A DNA stretch of 64,000 nucleotides. Source: Bacteroidota bacterium (GTDB taxonomy: Bacteria; Bacteroidota; Ignavibacteria; Kryptoniales; JAKASW01). The stretch covers positions 2,523-66,522 of the forward strand of contig JAJYRM010000009.1 of NCBI GenBank assembly GCA_021794075.1, in the 5' to 3' direction. The notes beneath the pieces were generated by a model. The model made no database searches, was not told the DNA's origin, and was given only the letters and a program-made list of their open reading frames with translations. Numbering within the stretch: the stretch's first letter is position 1; each line of letters opens with the position of its first letter. Shown here piece after piece: positions 47,643 through 58,110 of the stretch. A program made the position numbers and the translations under genes.

Positions 47643-48613
47643 CGGGTAAGTTTTGTCCCGAATGCGGCGCTGAGACAACCGGCGAGTTTAAATTTTGTCC
47701 GAACTGCGGCAGTAAGCTTCCGGAAAGCGCGCCGGACGGCAGAGTAATCAAAAGAAAATCGGGCGAGCAGAAGTCGGAGGGGGGCACTGTCAGATGTCCT
47801 ATCTGTGGTTTTGAAAACCCAATGGGAACAAGGGCGTGTGATTCTTGCGGTTCGTTCTTGGGCGGCGGAAGCGCCGAACAAGTGGATGTTTCTCACGCAG
47901 CACCGCGTGCCGAACATACATCCGCTCCGAAAGAAGCCTCACGGAAGCAGGTCGTTCCAAAGAAAGATGTTAAGAGATCTTCCAAACGAGCTGCTGAAAA
48001 TAAAACTCCTCAGCCGAAGAAATTTCATCTCGAAACATATCAGTCCGTTGCCATCGTCGCCGCGCTTCTTTTGGGAGCGATTTTCATCTACGGGCTTATG
48101 ACGTCAAGGACGCACACCCAGCCGTCAGGCGGCGGAGGCATGCCTTCTCAGCAGACTTCATCTGGCGGACAACCGAGCGCGAACGTGCTCCACGAAATCA
48201 ACAGGCTGCGAGAAGTTGTCGGCAAAGAACCTGACAACCTTAGTTCGCTTCTGGAGTTGGCCAACATGCTTGAGGACAACGGCTTCTATAATCAGTCAAC
48301 CGTTTACTATAAGCGATACCTTGCCAAGGTTCCCCGCAACGTTGACGCGAGAGTCGACTACGGCGTGACACTATTCCAGGCAGGCAATGCTCAAGACGGA
48401 ATATCGCAGATCAAAGAAGCTCTAAAAACCGACCCGACACATCAAAAAGGTCTTTTCAACCTGGGAATAATTTACCTTAACACGGGACAGATCGAGAAGG
48501 CGAATGCCGCGTTCAAGAAATGTGCGAAGGTGAATCCCAACAGTGAAGTAGGAAAGAAAGCTGAACAAATTTTGCAAGAACATCAAAACATTACATCGCA
48601 GGAGGTGAATTAG
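47639..48613 (+). CDS. Double zinc-ribbon / TM / TPR protein
   Basis: Four CxxCG knuckles, one TM helix, C-terminal TPRs. Confidence 0.85.
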   Translation: MTGKFCPECGAETTGEFKFCPNCGSKLPESAPDGRVIKRKSGEQKSEGGTVRCPICGFENPMGTRACDSCGSFLGGGSAEQVDVSHAAPRAEHTSAPKEASRKQVVPKKDVKRSSKRAAENKTPQPKKFHLETYQSVAIVAALLLGAIFIYGLMTSRTHTQPSGGGGMPSQQTSSGGQPSANVLHEINRLREVVGKEPDNLSSLLELANMLEDNGFYNQSTVYYKRYLAKVPRNVDARVDYGVTLFQAGNAQDGISQIKEALKTDPTHQKGLFNLGIIYLNTGQIEKANAAFKKCAKVNPNSEVGKKAEQILQEHQNITSQEVN

Positions 48614-48614
48614 A

Positions 48615-48710
48615 ATGCCGAGTGGTAAGAAGAGAAAACGCCATAAAATGGCCACGCACAAGAGGAAGAAGCGGCTCCGCAAGATGCGCCACAAGAAGAA
48701 GATTCGTTAA
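48615..48710 (+). CDS. Small basic ribosomal protein bS22 (AURKAIP1/COX24/mS38-like), 31 aa
   Basis: MPSGKKRKRHKMATHKRKKRLRKMRHKKKIR with SD GGAGGTG; below the ORF-track cutoff. Confidence 0.9.
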   Translation: MPSGKKRKRHKMATHKRKKRLRKMRHKKKIR

Positions 48711-48725
48711 GTCTTTCTGAATCGG

Positions 48726-48758
48726 TCCCGATCCGCTCGCACTTAGGGCGGATCGGGA
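48726..48758 (+). terminator. 13-bp hairpin after bS22
   Basis: TCCCGATCCGCTC / GGGCGGATCGGGA; weak U tract. Confidence 0.55.
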
Positions 48759-48791
48759 TGAATTATTTCATACCAGCAGGGAGTTTTCAGG

Positions 48792-49700
48792 ATGAACGCA
48801 GTAAGGCGGGTCGGACTATATCTATTTACGGCTGTAGCATTCACGCTTGTTTCCCAGGTCGCGTTCGGTTGGGGTTTCTGGTCGCATAGAACGATTAACA
48901 AGTATGCTGTTACTCTTCTTCCCGAGCCGCTAGAGAATTTCTATGAGGCTCACGTCGACTATATCAGCGCTCACGCCAGCGACCCCGACATGCGCAGGGG
49001 CGAATGGAAGGACGAGGGAAATTACCATTATATGGACATGGACGATTACGGGACTTATCCCAAGTTCAATGTCCCGCCAACCTACAAGGAAGCGGTTGAG
49101 AAATATGGCGAGAAGGCCGTCGTGAAGGACGGAATGGTCGCCTGGCGAGTCGGCATTGACGTCGATAGTCTCACGGAGGCCATGAGAGCTCACGACATTC
49201 CGCTAGTACTTCATCTGTCCGCAGACCTCGGGCACTACGTGGCAGACATGCACGTGCCGCTGCATGCCACGAAAAATTACAACGGTCAATTTACCGGGAA
49301 CATCGGTGTGCACTACCGTTGGGAGACGGGGATTCCCGACCGGTACGGTAAGGATTATAGTTTCAACGGTATAGGAAAAGCGTTTTACATAAAGGACCCC
49401 GTCGAGCACGCGCTTAAGATTCTCACTCACAGCTACTCTCTGTTAAACAAAGTCTTTCGGTCTGACAGCATAGCGAAAGCAGGTATTCCTAAAGACGAGC
49501 TCTATAAAGTTGAGGTGAGAGACGGGAAGAAGGAATATATCTATTCCGACGAATACTACAAGAAATTTAACGACCAACTAAACGGCATGGATGAAAGCCA
49601 GATGCGTGAGGCGACGAGAGCGGTTGCTTCTTATTGGTACACCGCATGGGTGAATGCCGGCAAACCGAGATTCTGGGAAGAAGGGAACAATGAAAAGTAA
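48792..49700 (+). CDS. Exported S1/P1 nuclease / zinc-dependent phospholipase C family protein
   Basis: Signal peptide, mature N-terminus WG-x3-[18 protein letters not shown]-x2-WE. Confidence 0.85.
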   Translation: MNAVRRVGLYLFTAVAFTLVSQVAFGWGFWSHRTINKYAVTLLPEPLENFYEAHVDYISAHASDPDMRRGEWKDEGNYHYMDMDDYGTYPKFNVPPTYKEAVEKYGEKAVVKDGMVAWRVGIDVDSLTEAMRAHDIPLVLHLSADLGHYVADMHVPLHATKNYNGQFTGNIGVHYRWETGIPDRYGKDYSFNGIGKAFYIKDPVEHALKILTHSYSLLNKVFRSDSIAKAGIPKDELYKVEVRDGKKEYIYSDEYYKKFNDQLNGMDESQMREATRAVASYWYTAWVNAGKPRFWEEGNNEK

Positions 49701-51078
49701 GCTATCTCCAAACCGCATTTTACTGAGCGAAAGGGAAATACCGAAGAAGTGGTATAATTTGACCGCCGACCTGGAAGAGAAGCCGCGTCCGCCACTTGAT
49801 CCTCAAACTCATCAACCGATCTCGCCCGACAAGTTAAGTGTTATATTTCCGCAAAATTTGATTGAGCAGGAAGTGTCGGCTCAAAGGTTCATAAAGATCC
49901 CCGATGAACTTTTGAAGGCCTACGCTAAGTGGCGCCCGACTCCACTGGTCCGAGCGCGCGGGCTTGAGGAGCTTTTGGAGACCCCGGCACATATCTACTT
50001 CAAGAATGAAAGTGTAAGTCCGGCGGGAAGCCACAAACTAAACACTGCTTTGGCCCAGGCCTATTATAACAAGCTGGAGGGTGTTCAAAGACTTGTAACG
50101 GAGACGGGCGCCGGCCAATGGGGCAGCGCTCTGGCAATGGCATCGAGGACCTTTGAACTCGGCTGCAAGGTCTTCATGGTCAAGTCGTCGTACAACCAGA
50201 AGCCTTACAGGCGAGCCATGATGCATATGTGGGGCGCCGAAGTATCGGCAAGCCCAAGCGAAGAGACGAACGCCGGTAGAGCAATCCTGGAACAACACCC
50301 CGATTCCCCTGGAACGCTCGGTATGGCCATAAGCGAGGCTGTTGAAGTGGCTGCGAGCGATAACGACACTAAATATGCCCTCGGCAGTGTGCTGAACCAT
50401 GTGCTTCTCCATCAGACCATTATTGGAGAGGAAGCGATCAAGCAACTGGACAAGGTTGAAGAATTCCCTGACACGATCATAGGCTGTGTCGGTGGTGGCT
50501 CGAACTTCGGCGGTTTTGCATTCCCATTTGTTCGTGAAATTCTTGAGCAAAGGCCGCGCGCCAAGAAGATGCGGGTCATAGCGGTTGAGCCGTCGGCGTG
50601 TCCCACGCTGACCAGAGGCGTTTTCACGTACGATTATGGCGATACCGCCGGATTGACTCCGCTCCTTGCAATGCACTCTCTCGGACATGACTATGTTCCG
50701 CCTGCGATTCACTCTGGCGGATTAAGATATCACGGCGTGGCTCCCCTGATATCGTCTCTTGTCAATCTTGGAATAATCCAGCCCGTCGCGTATACGCAGA
50801 ACGAAGTTTTCGACGCAGCGCTGAAATTCGCCAGGAGCGAAGGGATCGTCCCCGCGCCGGAATCGTCGCACGCCATCAGGGCTGCTATCGACGAAGCGCT
50901 CCGCGCTAAGTCAGACGGGAAGAAAGAAGTGATAGTGTTCAATCTTTCCGGACATGGTTACTTCGACATGAGCGCATACGACGATTACCTGGAAGGAAAA
51001 CTTGCTGACAGCACGGTTGACGAAGAGGAACTGCAGAGATATTTGAACCAGTTGAGGCACCAGTCTTTCGAATCCTGA
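49690..51078 (+). CDS. trpB2: Tryptophan synthase beta chain, TrpB2 type
   Basis: [44 protein letters not shown]. Confidence 0.93.
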   Translation: MKSKLSPNRILLSEREIPKKWYNLTADLEEKPRPPLDPQTHQPISPDKLSVIFPQNLIEQEVSAQRFIKIPDELLKAYAKWRPTPLVRARGLEELLETPAHIYFKNESVSPAGSHKLNTALAQAYYNKLEGVQRLVTETGAGQWGSALAMASRTFELGCKVFMVKSSYNQKPYRRAMMHMWGAEVSASPSEETNAGRAILEQHPDSPGTLGMAISEAVEVAASDNDTKYALGSVLNHVLLHQTIIGEEAIKQLDKVEEFPDTIIGCVGGGSNFGGFAFPFVREILEQRPRAKKMRVIAVEPSACPTLTRGVFTYDYGDTAGLTPLLAMHSLGHDYVPPAIHSGGLRYHGVAPLISSLVNLGIIQPVAYTQNEVFDAALKFARSEGIVPAPESSHAIRAAIDEALRAKSDGKKEVIVFNLSGHGYFDMSAYDDYLEGKLADSTVDEEELQRYLNQLRHQSFES

Positions 51079-51112
51079 GCTCGCTCTAACTCGTTATCTA
51101 TATCTCCTTTTC

Positions 51113-51141
51113 TTGATTTTTACTAAAGGCATTGATAACTT
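51113..51141 (+). promoter_or_regulatory. Putative sigma70 promoter of the YtxH gene
   Basis: TTGATT-N17-TAACTT. Confidence 0.5.
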
Positions 51142-51171
51142 CAAAATGAGTTTAAACTAGGGAGGTGTATC

Positions 51172-51552
51172 ATGGCACACGATAATGATGGGTTGACAAG
51201 CGGGTTGTTCATTGGGTTTATAGCAGGAAGCGTTATAGGCGCGGTCACGGCGTTGCTCCTCGCGCCAAAGTCCGGTGAAGAATTGCGGAAAGACTTGAAG
51301 AGTAAGTCGGATGAGCTCCGGGAAGCTGCGCAGACCCAACTCCGTCAGGCCAGGGAAAAAGCGGATGGCCTGGTTAAGGATGGAAGGAAGCGCTCAGAAG
51401 AAATTATAAGCCAGGCGAAGCGAAGAGCGGATGTTTTGCTGTCCGACGCCGAGAAGGCGATCGACCAGGCAAAAGGCGAGGGTGGCAAATTGAAATCGGC
51501 CTTAAAGGCCGGGACCGACGCGTTTAAAGAAGAGAGAGCGAAGAATAGCTAG
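51172..51552 (+). CDS. YtxH domain protein
   Basis: G-x3-G-x3-GA-x2-ALLLAPKSGEELR. Confidence 0.92.
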   Translation: MAHDNDGLTSGLFIGFIAGSVIGAVTALLLAPKSGEELRKDLKSKSDELREAAQTQLRQAREKADGLVKDGRKRSEEIISQAKRRADVLLSDAEKAIDQAKGEGGKLKSALKAGTDAFKEERAKNS

Positions 51553-51564
51553 AAGGGATATAAA

Positions 51565-51951
51565 GTGGCGACCGTATTTTTGATAGTGGCCTCGATTGCT
51601 CTCCTGGCAATCGCGGCAGCGAGTGTTTACTCGATAATGCTGATGAAGGACGCCAAGAAAGTGCTGAATCAATTGGAGATTTCTGTCAGGGAAATCTCCG
51701 AAACTTCCCGCCCTGTGCTTGAGAATTCCGGAGTCATTACCGGGAAGATCAGGGAAATAGCCGAGAATGTAGATGGGGAGGTCCTAAGCGTCAAAGGGGC
51801 TGTGGATTCATTGATAGGCGCCGTCGAAGACGTTGTCGACTTTGAGCGAAGAGTCAGGTCAAAAGTTGAAGATCCAATTATGGACACGGCAGGATATCTT
51901 GCCGCCATTACAAAGGGCGTTAAGACTTTTCTGCGAGTCTTGAAGAGCTAA
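51565..51951 (+). CDS. DUF948/YtxG-like membrane-anchored coiled-coil protein
   Basis: N-terminal TM plus helical domain; directly follows YtxH. Confidence 0.7.
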   Translation: MATVFLIVASIALLAIAAASVYSIMLMKDAKKVLNQLEISVREISETSRPVLENSGVITGKIREIAENVDGEVLSVKGAVDSLIGAVEDVVDFERRVRSKVEDPIMDTAGYLAAITKGVKTFLRVLKS

Positions 51952-52026
51952 TCTAAGCCTGTCCGGAATATATATCTTCATCCGGTACGACTTTCCTAGA
52001 TTTCCCGTCAGGGAAAAGGAGATAAA

Positions 52027-54123
52027 ATGAAGGAATATCTTCCATCCAGTCTGAGGAACGTAGTACTAATTGGTCATGGCGGGAGTGGGAAGACCACTTT
52101 TGCGGAAGCTGCACTGTTTGCCGCTGGAATCACATCGAGAATGGGAACGGTTGCGGAAGGGAACACCGTCTCAGACTATAATCACGACGAGATCGAACGA
52201 AAATTCTCCGTTAGCACGTCTCTCCTCCATGCAGAGTGGGGCGACAAGAAGTTGAATATACTCGATCCCCCCGGTTATCCTGATTTCCTCGGAGAAGTCA
52301 AAGCCGCGATGCGTGTCTCCGATACAGCCTTGGTTCTTGTAAAAGCTGTTGAAGGCATTGAGGTGGGCACGGAAATAGATTGGGGCTTCTGCAAAGAATA
52401 CAAAGTCCCCGCATTCTTCGTGGTTAACAAAACAGATTCTGAGAACTCCCGCTTCGATGCGCGGCTTCAGGATATCAAGGACAAGCTGACTCATGATGCC
52501 GTCGCCGTGCAGATTCCCGTCAATGAAGGGACGGGGTTTGACAGCGCAATTGATGTTGTCAGAATGCGTCTCCTAAAGTTCAGCGCCGAAGGCAAGGGAA
52601 AGTATGCCGAGGAAGATATACCAGGTCCACTCAAGGAGACGGCAGAGAAGTACCGCGCGGAGCTGATCGAGCAGCTTTCTGAGACCGACGAGAAATTGCT
52701 GAACGCTTTTCTGGAAAGCGGGAAACTAACTGACGAGCAGATCACCGCAGGGTTGAAAACAGCAATTGCCGGGAGGAAGTTGTTCCCTGTTTTCGCCACC
52801 GCAGCAGGGCGCTTGACAGGTGTCGCGTCGATTCTTGATTTCATCGGAAGTTACGCACCTTCGCCTGACTCTACGCCGCCCGCGGTCGGCTACAAGACCG
52901 ATGGTGCAAAAGAAGAAATCGGAATCTCTTGTGATCCCGGCGCCGATCCGGTGTTGTTCATCTTCAAGACGATATCAGAAAGAAACATAGGTGAACTATC
53001 GCTGTTCAGAGTGTATTCGGGCATCGTCATGCCCGGGATGGACCTTGTAAATCAGGTGAACGGCAAATCGGAACGGCTCGGCACTTTGTACCTCCTCAAC
53101 GGCAAGGACAGGAAGGAGACACCGAAGGTCGCCGCGGGTGATATCGCGGCAGTGGTGAAGCTGAAGGATACTCACACAAACAACACCCTGAGCGGGAAAA
53201 GTCATCCGGTCGCGATGAAGAAGATCGATTTTCCCGATCCAATCATGAGGGTCGCTATCGTGTCTAAGAATAGGCATGACGAAGACAAAGTCGCTTCCGG
53301 TCTCCACGCGCTGCACGAGGAGGATCCCACTTTCCTTGTCGAGGTCGACCCTGAACTGAAGCAGACCGTTTTGAGCGGACAGGGCGAGATGCATCTCCAG
53401 GTCGTGACAAGGCGATTGAAGGAAAGGTACGGCGTGGAGGTGGAAATGGTTGAGCCGGATATCCCTTATCGCGAAACCATCAGAGGCGTTGCCGCCGATT
53501 CAGAGTACAAACATAAGAAGCAGTCAGGCGGACGTGGGCAATATGGTCATGTCCATTTGAAACTTGAACCACTTCCGCGTGGAAAGGGATTTGAGTTTGT
53601 GGACGCGGTTGTTGGAGGCGTGGTGCCTGGGAGATTCATCCCCGCGGTCGAAAAAGGCGTGGTGGATTCGTTGGAACGCGGAGTAGTATCGGGACACAAA
53701 GTGGTGGATGTTCGAGTAACTTTGTTTGACGGCTCATCACACCCGGTAGACTCGGACGAAATATCTTTTAAGATTGCCGCGTCTATGTCTTTCAGAAAAG
53801 GTTTCAAGGAAGCCAAGCCAATCTTGCTAGAACCGATTTACGAGGTAGAGGTGCTGGTCCCTGATGAACACATGGGCGACATAATGGGCGATATCTCCGG
53901 GCGGCGCGGAAAAATTCTTGGAATGGAAGCTGAGGGTGCTAATCAGAAAATAAAGGCACAGGTGCCTTTGAAAGAGCTTTACAAGTATGCCAACATTCTT
54001 CGAAGCATGACTCAGGGACGCGGCGTCTTCAAGCAGAAATTTTCTCATTACGAAGAAGTGCCGAAGGAAGTCGCGGACAAGATTATAGCCGAAGCTCAAA
54101 AGGAAAAAGTCGAACAAGAATAA
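52027..54123 (+). CDS. fusA: Elongation factor G, EF-G II paralog
   Basis: GHGGSGKTT, DPPGYPDF, NKTD, GQGEMHL, KKQSGGRGQYG, LRSMTQGRG; not in an str operon. Confidence 0.92.
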   Translation: MKEYLPSSLRNVVLIGHGGSGKTTFAEAALFAAGITSRMGTVAEGNTVSDYNHDEIERKFSVSTSLLHAEWGDKKLNILDPPGYPDFLGEVKAAMRVSDTALVLVKAVEGIEVGTEIDWGFCKEYKVPAFFVVNKTDSENSRFDARLQDIKDKLTHDAVAVQIPVNEGTGFDSAIDVVRMRLLKFSAEGKGKYAEEDIPGPLKETAEKYRAELIEQLSETDEKLLNAFLESGKLTDEQITAGLKTAIAGRKLFPVFATAAGRLTGVASILDFIGSYAPSPDSTPPAVGYKTDGAKEEIGISCDPGADPVLFIFKTISERNIGELSLFRVYSGIVMPGMDLVNQVNGKSERLGTLYLLNGKDRKETPKVAAGDIAAVVKLKDTHTNNTLSGKSHPVAMKKIDFPDPIMRVAIVSKNRHDEDKVASGLHALHEEDPTFLVEVDPELKQTVLSGQGEMHLQVVTRRLKERYGVEVEMVEPDIPYRETIRGVAADSEYKHKKQSGGRGQYGHVHLKLEPLPRGKGFEFVDAVVGGVVPGRFIPAVEKGVVDSLERGVVSGHKVVDVRVTLFDGSSHPVDSDEISFKIAASMSFRKGFKEAKPILLEPIYEVEVLVPDEHMGDIMGDISGRRGKILGMEAEGANQKIKAQVPLKELYKYANILRSMTQGRGVFKQKFSHYEEVPKEVADKIIAEAQKEKVEQE

Positions 54124-54286
54124 CCATCCGACTCAATCTCAAACCCGTAACCTGCACATCCGGGATTCGCGAAGCCCTGGATAAAAAGGATTGGTTCCAT
54201 CTTGTCGAAGAAAGATGGGCGGGGCCTGGAAAGGATCGCGGGGTAAATTATGTTTGGGTCGTTGATGATCTTATGAAAGAGCAACT

Positions 54287-54793
54287 ATGGAAAGATTGTG
54301 GTCGCCCTGGCGATCGAAATACATCCAATCGTTTTCGGAAAAGCATGAAGTGAAAGAAGGCTCGTGTGTCTTCTGCGACAAGCTTTCCGAGAATGATGAC
54401 GAAAAAAACCTCATCGTGCGCAGAAGCTCAAAGTGCGCGATAATCATGAACATTTATCCCTACAACAGCGGTCACGTGATGATCGTACCCTTTGCTCACA
54501 AGGGAGTATTTGAGGACCTGACTGAAGAAGAGCATCTGGATGTCATGAGCGAGACCCGTTTGGCAATTCAGCTTCTCCGGATGACATCTCACCCCGATGG
54601 CTTCAATTTCGGCGCTAACCTGGGAAGAGTCAGCGGCGCGGGAATCGCCGAGCATGTTCACTTCCATGTAGTGCCTAGATGGAATGGTGATGTCAATTTC
54701 ATGCCTGTTCTCGCGGACGCAAAGGTTATCTCTGAGGGACTCGACCAGACTTACAGAAAGTTGACTGAGGCGCTGCACTCTCTGAAGGGTTGA
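54287..54793 (+). CDS. HIT family nucleotide hydrolase/phosphorylase
   Basis: LWSPWR, CVFC, NIYPYNSGH, HVHFHVVPRWNGD. Confidence 0.92.
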   Translation: MERLWSPWRSKYIQSFSEKHEVKEGSCVFCDKLSENDDEKNLIVRRSSKCAIIMNIYPYNSGHVMIVPFAHKGVFEDLTEEEHLDVMSETRLAIQLLRMTSHPDGFNFGANLGRVSGAGIAEHVHFHVVPRWNGDVNFMPVLADAKVISEGLDQTYRKLTEALHSLKG

Positions 54794-54933
54794 GAGGATG
54801 GATGGTATCCGAGATTTCCAGGAATAGTCGGGGCGAACAAGCCGAATAGATGTAGAAATTATTCCTGCTGGCAGGGAACTCTCCTCGAAAAGGGCTAAAT
54901 TATAGTACAAAAATGAACCATTTAGGATGACTG

Positions 54934-56079
54934 ATGCCGCATAAGGTGCTTTTCATATTTGGTACGCGTCCGGAGGCCATAAAAATGGCACCTCTGATAA
55001 AGGAGGTCGAGAAATCGGCCGGGCTTCAGGCAAGGGTATGCGTGACGGCGCAACACCGTCAAATGCTAGATCAGGTCTTACGAATTTTCAACATCGAACC
55101 TGACTACGACCTCGACATAATGACGAGTAACCAGAGTCTTTTTGACATAACTTCCAGAGTCGTGTCTGGGCTTCAGAAGATATTAGCCGATGAGAAACCC
55201 GCACTCGTGGTGGTCCAGGGCGATACGACGACAACGTTCGCTGGCGCGCTCGCCGCTTACTATACCCGCACCAGTGTAGCACATGTGGAGGCAGGGTTGC
55301 GTACCGGCAACAAGTTCGCACCGTTCCCTGAAGAGATAAACAGAAGATTGACCAGCGTTATAACAGATATTCACCTCCCTCCGACGGAATGGGCGCGCGA
55401 CAATCTCCTCAAAGAAGGGGTCGATCCTTCTACCGTATATGTCACGGGCAATACGGTGATTGACGCGCTATTCTATGTCGTCGATGGGCTGAGAAAATCG
55501 AATCCTCATTTTGAAAGGCTGTTTGATGGAATTGATTTCAACAAAAGGATGGTGCTTATAACCGGACATCGAAGAGAGAATTTTGGAGAAGGTTTCATTA
55601 ACATATGTGAAGCCATACGAGAGCTCGCACAGAATAAGCCGGACGTTGAATTTGTTTATCCCGTTCATTTCAATCCCAACGTTCGTGGTCCGGTAAACAA
55701 GATTCTGAACGGTATAACAAACGTTCATATAATTGAGCCGCTAGATTACGAACCATTTGTTTACGCGATGGATAGATCACATATAATCTTGACGGACTCG
55801 GGAGGCGTGCAGGAAGAGGCTCCTTCGCTCGGAAAGCCGGTTCTTGTGATGCGTGATACCACTGAGCGGCCCGAAGCTTTGAAAGCGGGGACTGTGCGCC
55901 TCGTTGGGACCGATAGGAAAAAAATAGTTGGTGGCGTTACGAAGCTTCTTGACGACGCAGGCGAGTATTCTTCCATGAGCAGGGCACACAACCCTTATGG
56001 CGACGGAAAAGCGTCCCAACGCATAGTCAGGATTTTCGAAGAAAATCTTCAGAAGTCTTCCGCCGCGAAAGCCGGCTGA
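54934..56079 (+). CDS. wecB: UDP-N-acetylglucosamine 2-epimerase (non-hydrolysing)
   Basis: GTRPEAIKMAP, QGDTTT, HVEAGLRT, HRREN, TDSGGVQEE, NPYGDG. Confidence 0.96.
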   Translation: MPHKVLFIFGTRPEAIKMAPLIKEVEKSAGLQARVCVTAQHRQMLDQVLRIFNIEPDYDLDIMTSNQSLFDITSRVVSGLQKILADEKPALVVVQGDTTTTFAGALAAYYTRTSVAHVEAGLRTGNKFAPFPEEINRRLTSVITDIHLPPTEWARDNLLKEGVDPSTVYVTGNTVIDALFYVVDGLRKSNPHFERLFDGIDFNKRMVLITGHRRENFGEGFINICEAIRELAQNKPDVEFVYPVHFNPNVRGPVNKILNGITNVHIIEPLDYEPFVYAMDRSHIILTDSGGVQEEAPSLGKPVLVMRDTTERPEALKAGTVRLVGTDRKKIVGGVTKLLDDAGEYSSMSRAHNPYGDGKASQRIVRIFEENLQKSSAAKAG

Positions 56080-56083
56080 CACT

Positions 56084-56755
56084 GTGGACCGAACCCGAGA
56101 ATTTTCCCTGGCGCTGTTTGATCTTGACGGCACTCTCGCCGATACTCACCAGCTCATATTCAACAGCTTCAATTTCATACTTCGCAAGTACAAATCTGTT
56201 GAGATGACTCCGCATGAGATACTTTCGTATTTCGGTCCGCCAGAAGAGGTATGCATAGTCAATATGATGGGATCGGACAATTTCGAGTCAGTATGGGAAG
56301 ATTTCATCGAGTACTACTCTTCACATCTCAATGAGACTACGGTTTTTGGTGGGGTGAAGGAGCTTATTTCCGGGCTGAAGTCAAACGGAAAGCTTGTTGG
56401 AGTTTTTACCGCTAAAGGTTCGAAAACCGCGGAGCTGACTCTGGAATACCACGGTCTGAAAAAGGCTTTCGACATTATCGTGACGGGCTCTCATGTGAAG
56501 AACCATAAACCCGATCCGGAAGGTATCGATATCGCGCTCAGGAAATTGGGTGTTAACGCTGACGATACAATCGTCATCGGCGACTCCCCGTCAGATTATA
56601 AGGCTGCTCACGCCGCCGGGACTAGTTTTATTGCTGTTACTTACGACACAATTTCGAAGCACAGGTTCGACGGGATTGATTGCGTTAAGGCAGGGTCAGT
56701 CAATGAACTCTCGCGCCTGATGTTTCATGGCGGCGACGGGATGGGGGAGAATTGA
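56084..56755 (+). CDS. HAD-IA hydrolase (PpaX/phosphoglycolate phosphatase-like)
   Basis: FDLDGTLADT, KPDPEG, IGDS-x2-D. Confidence 0.88.
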   Translation: MDRTREFSLALFDLDGTLADTHQLIFNSFNFILRKYKSVEMTPHEILSYFGPPEEVCIVNMMGSDNFESVWEDFIEYYSSHLNETTVFGGVKELISGLKSNGKLVGVFTAKGSKTAELTLEYHGLKKAFDIIVTGSHVKNHKPDPEGIDIALRKLGVNADDTIVIGDSPSDYKAAHAAGTSFIAVTYDTISKHRFDGIDCVKAGSVNELSRLMFHGGDGMGEN

Positions 56756-58110
56756 AGTACTCGCTGTTTGACAGGTATGCCTGGTATCTGAAAGGGGCGG
56801 CTTTACTCATAGCTCTCCTGACCTATTGGCGTTTTCGAGAGCTGGATCTTTCTGCCGTATATGCTTATGTGGCACAAGGCGACGTTATTCATTCAGCCCT
56901 CCTTCAGAGTGTCGCGGTCTCCAGGTCGATAGTCTGGGATTTCTTCGGCTTGATAGACCGGTTCGTCACGCCGCACTCTGTAAGGCTTCTGAGATACTCC
57001 GGGCTTGTTATTCTGATCCTCGACTTTTACCTAATATCAGCAGTTGTAGAATATATACTCGGTCAGAAATTCTGGGGATTCCTTGGCGTTTTCCTCGCGG
57101 CCCTATCCCCGTTCGCCATCGTGGCTGCAGTTTCCGGAGGATCAGCCGCTTCCGCTGTAGCACTTGTGCTCCTTTTTCTCATGGCGCTATATCGCAATCA
57201 GTACGTGTACGCGGGAGTCTTGTCGGGAATTTGTTTCGCAGCCAACCTCCCAGGACTTATCATGTTCCTTATAACTGTTCTTGACTTGCTTCAGAATTTG
57301 CAGGACAAGAAACGGCTTATGCCGAAGCTCCTGTCCTCTGCGGCGGGATTCATAGTGGTGCTAGCCCTCGCCTATTTCTACTCCGTATACAGTGGAAGCG
57401 CGAAGGTGTTTTCAGTTCCGGTTAGTGAGCACGATCTTACGTGGTTTCTTAACGGGGCAGTTCCGCTTCTGATTGCCAATGTGTTGAACGTGGCGGGAGT
57501 TATCTACATCATAGTGAAACGGCGTTACGATGCTTACAGGACTCACTTTCAAACTCTGATGATGTGGGTCGCTTCGTTGGCGCTTTGCGCGGCCCAGCCG
57601 ACCACCGCGAATCTCCTCGTCGCGTTAACGGTCTCTGTCATACTTGCCATGTTCTTTGTTCAAGGTTTCAATTCACTTTGGAAAATCAAGCTGGTTTCAC
57701 CCGATACGTTCGTGTTCCTCTTTGCAATCTTGTTTTTGTTCGGGGATTTGTACTCGAACAATGTTTTCCTGAAAGGTATCGCGCTCGAAAACTCTTTCGA
57801 AAAGAACGAAGCCGTCAGCGATGTGGTTAATGCGATCGCACGCAAGGCCGGGCCAACTAGTATCGTCAGCAACTTCGTGCCGGCTGAGTTATCCGTGAAG
57901 CTTGGAAGGAAAGTCTATGAAGTTGGAGATGGGATTCTACCGGTTGGCAATTTTACAGGGAGCTCGCCTTCCGTAGTATATGTGGCCAAACGAGATTCGC
58001 AAGTCGACTCGCTGATTACCGGATGCAGGCCTTTATTGGATACGAGGCTGGTCCAAAATAACAAATCATATTTCGTTCAGGTAGTTGAATGTAAGGCAAA
58101 AGATGAGTGA
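56752..58110 (+). CDS. Polytopic membrane protein (possibly GT-C-like)
   Basis: About 10 hydrophobic segments and a soluble C-terminus; overlaps both neighbours. Confidence 0.7.
   Translation: MKYSLFDRYAWYLKGAALLIALLTYWRFRELDLSAVYAYVAQGDVIHSALLQSVAVSRSIVWDFFGLIDRFVTPHSVRLLRYSGLVILILDFYLISAVVEYILGQKFWGFLGVFLAALSPFAIVAAVSGGSAASAVALVLLFLMALYRNQYVYAGVLSGICFAANLPGLIMFLITVLDLLQNLQDKKRLMPKLLSSAAGFIVVLALAYFYSVYSGSAKVFSVPVSEHDLTWFLNGAVPLLIANVLNVAGVIYIIVKRRYDAYRTHFQTLMMWVASLALCAAQPTTANLLVALTVSVILAMFFVQGFNSLWKIKLVSPDTFVFLFAILFLFGDLYSNNVFLKGIALENSFEKNEAVSDVVNAIARKAGPTSIVSNFVPAELSVKLGRKVYEVGDGILPVGNFTGSSPSVVYVAKRDSQVDSLITGCRPLLDTRLVQNNKSYFVQVVECKAKDE

Noticed and set aside
54220-54243. SRP (4.5S) RNA suggested by a CCT-GGAA-AGG tetraloop
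   Set aside because: The flanks lack the conserved CAGG/AGCA symmetric loop of SRP helix 8.
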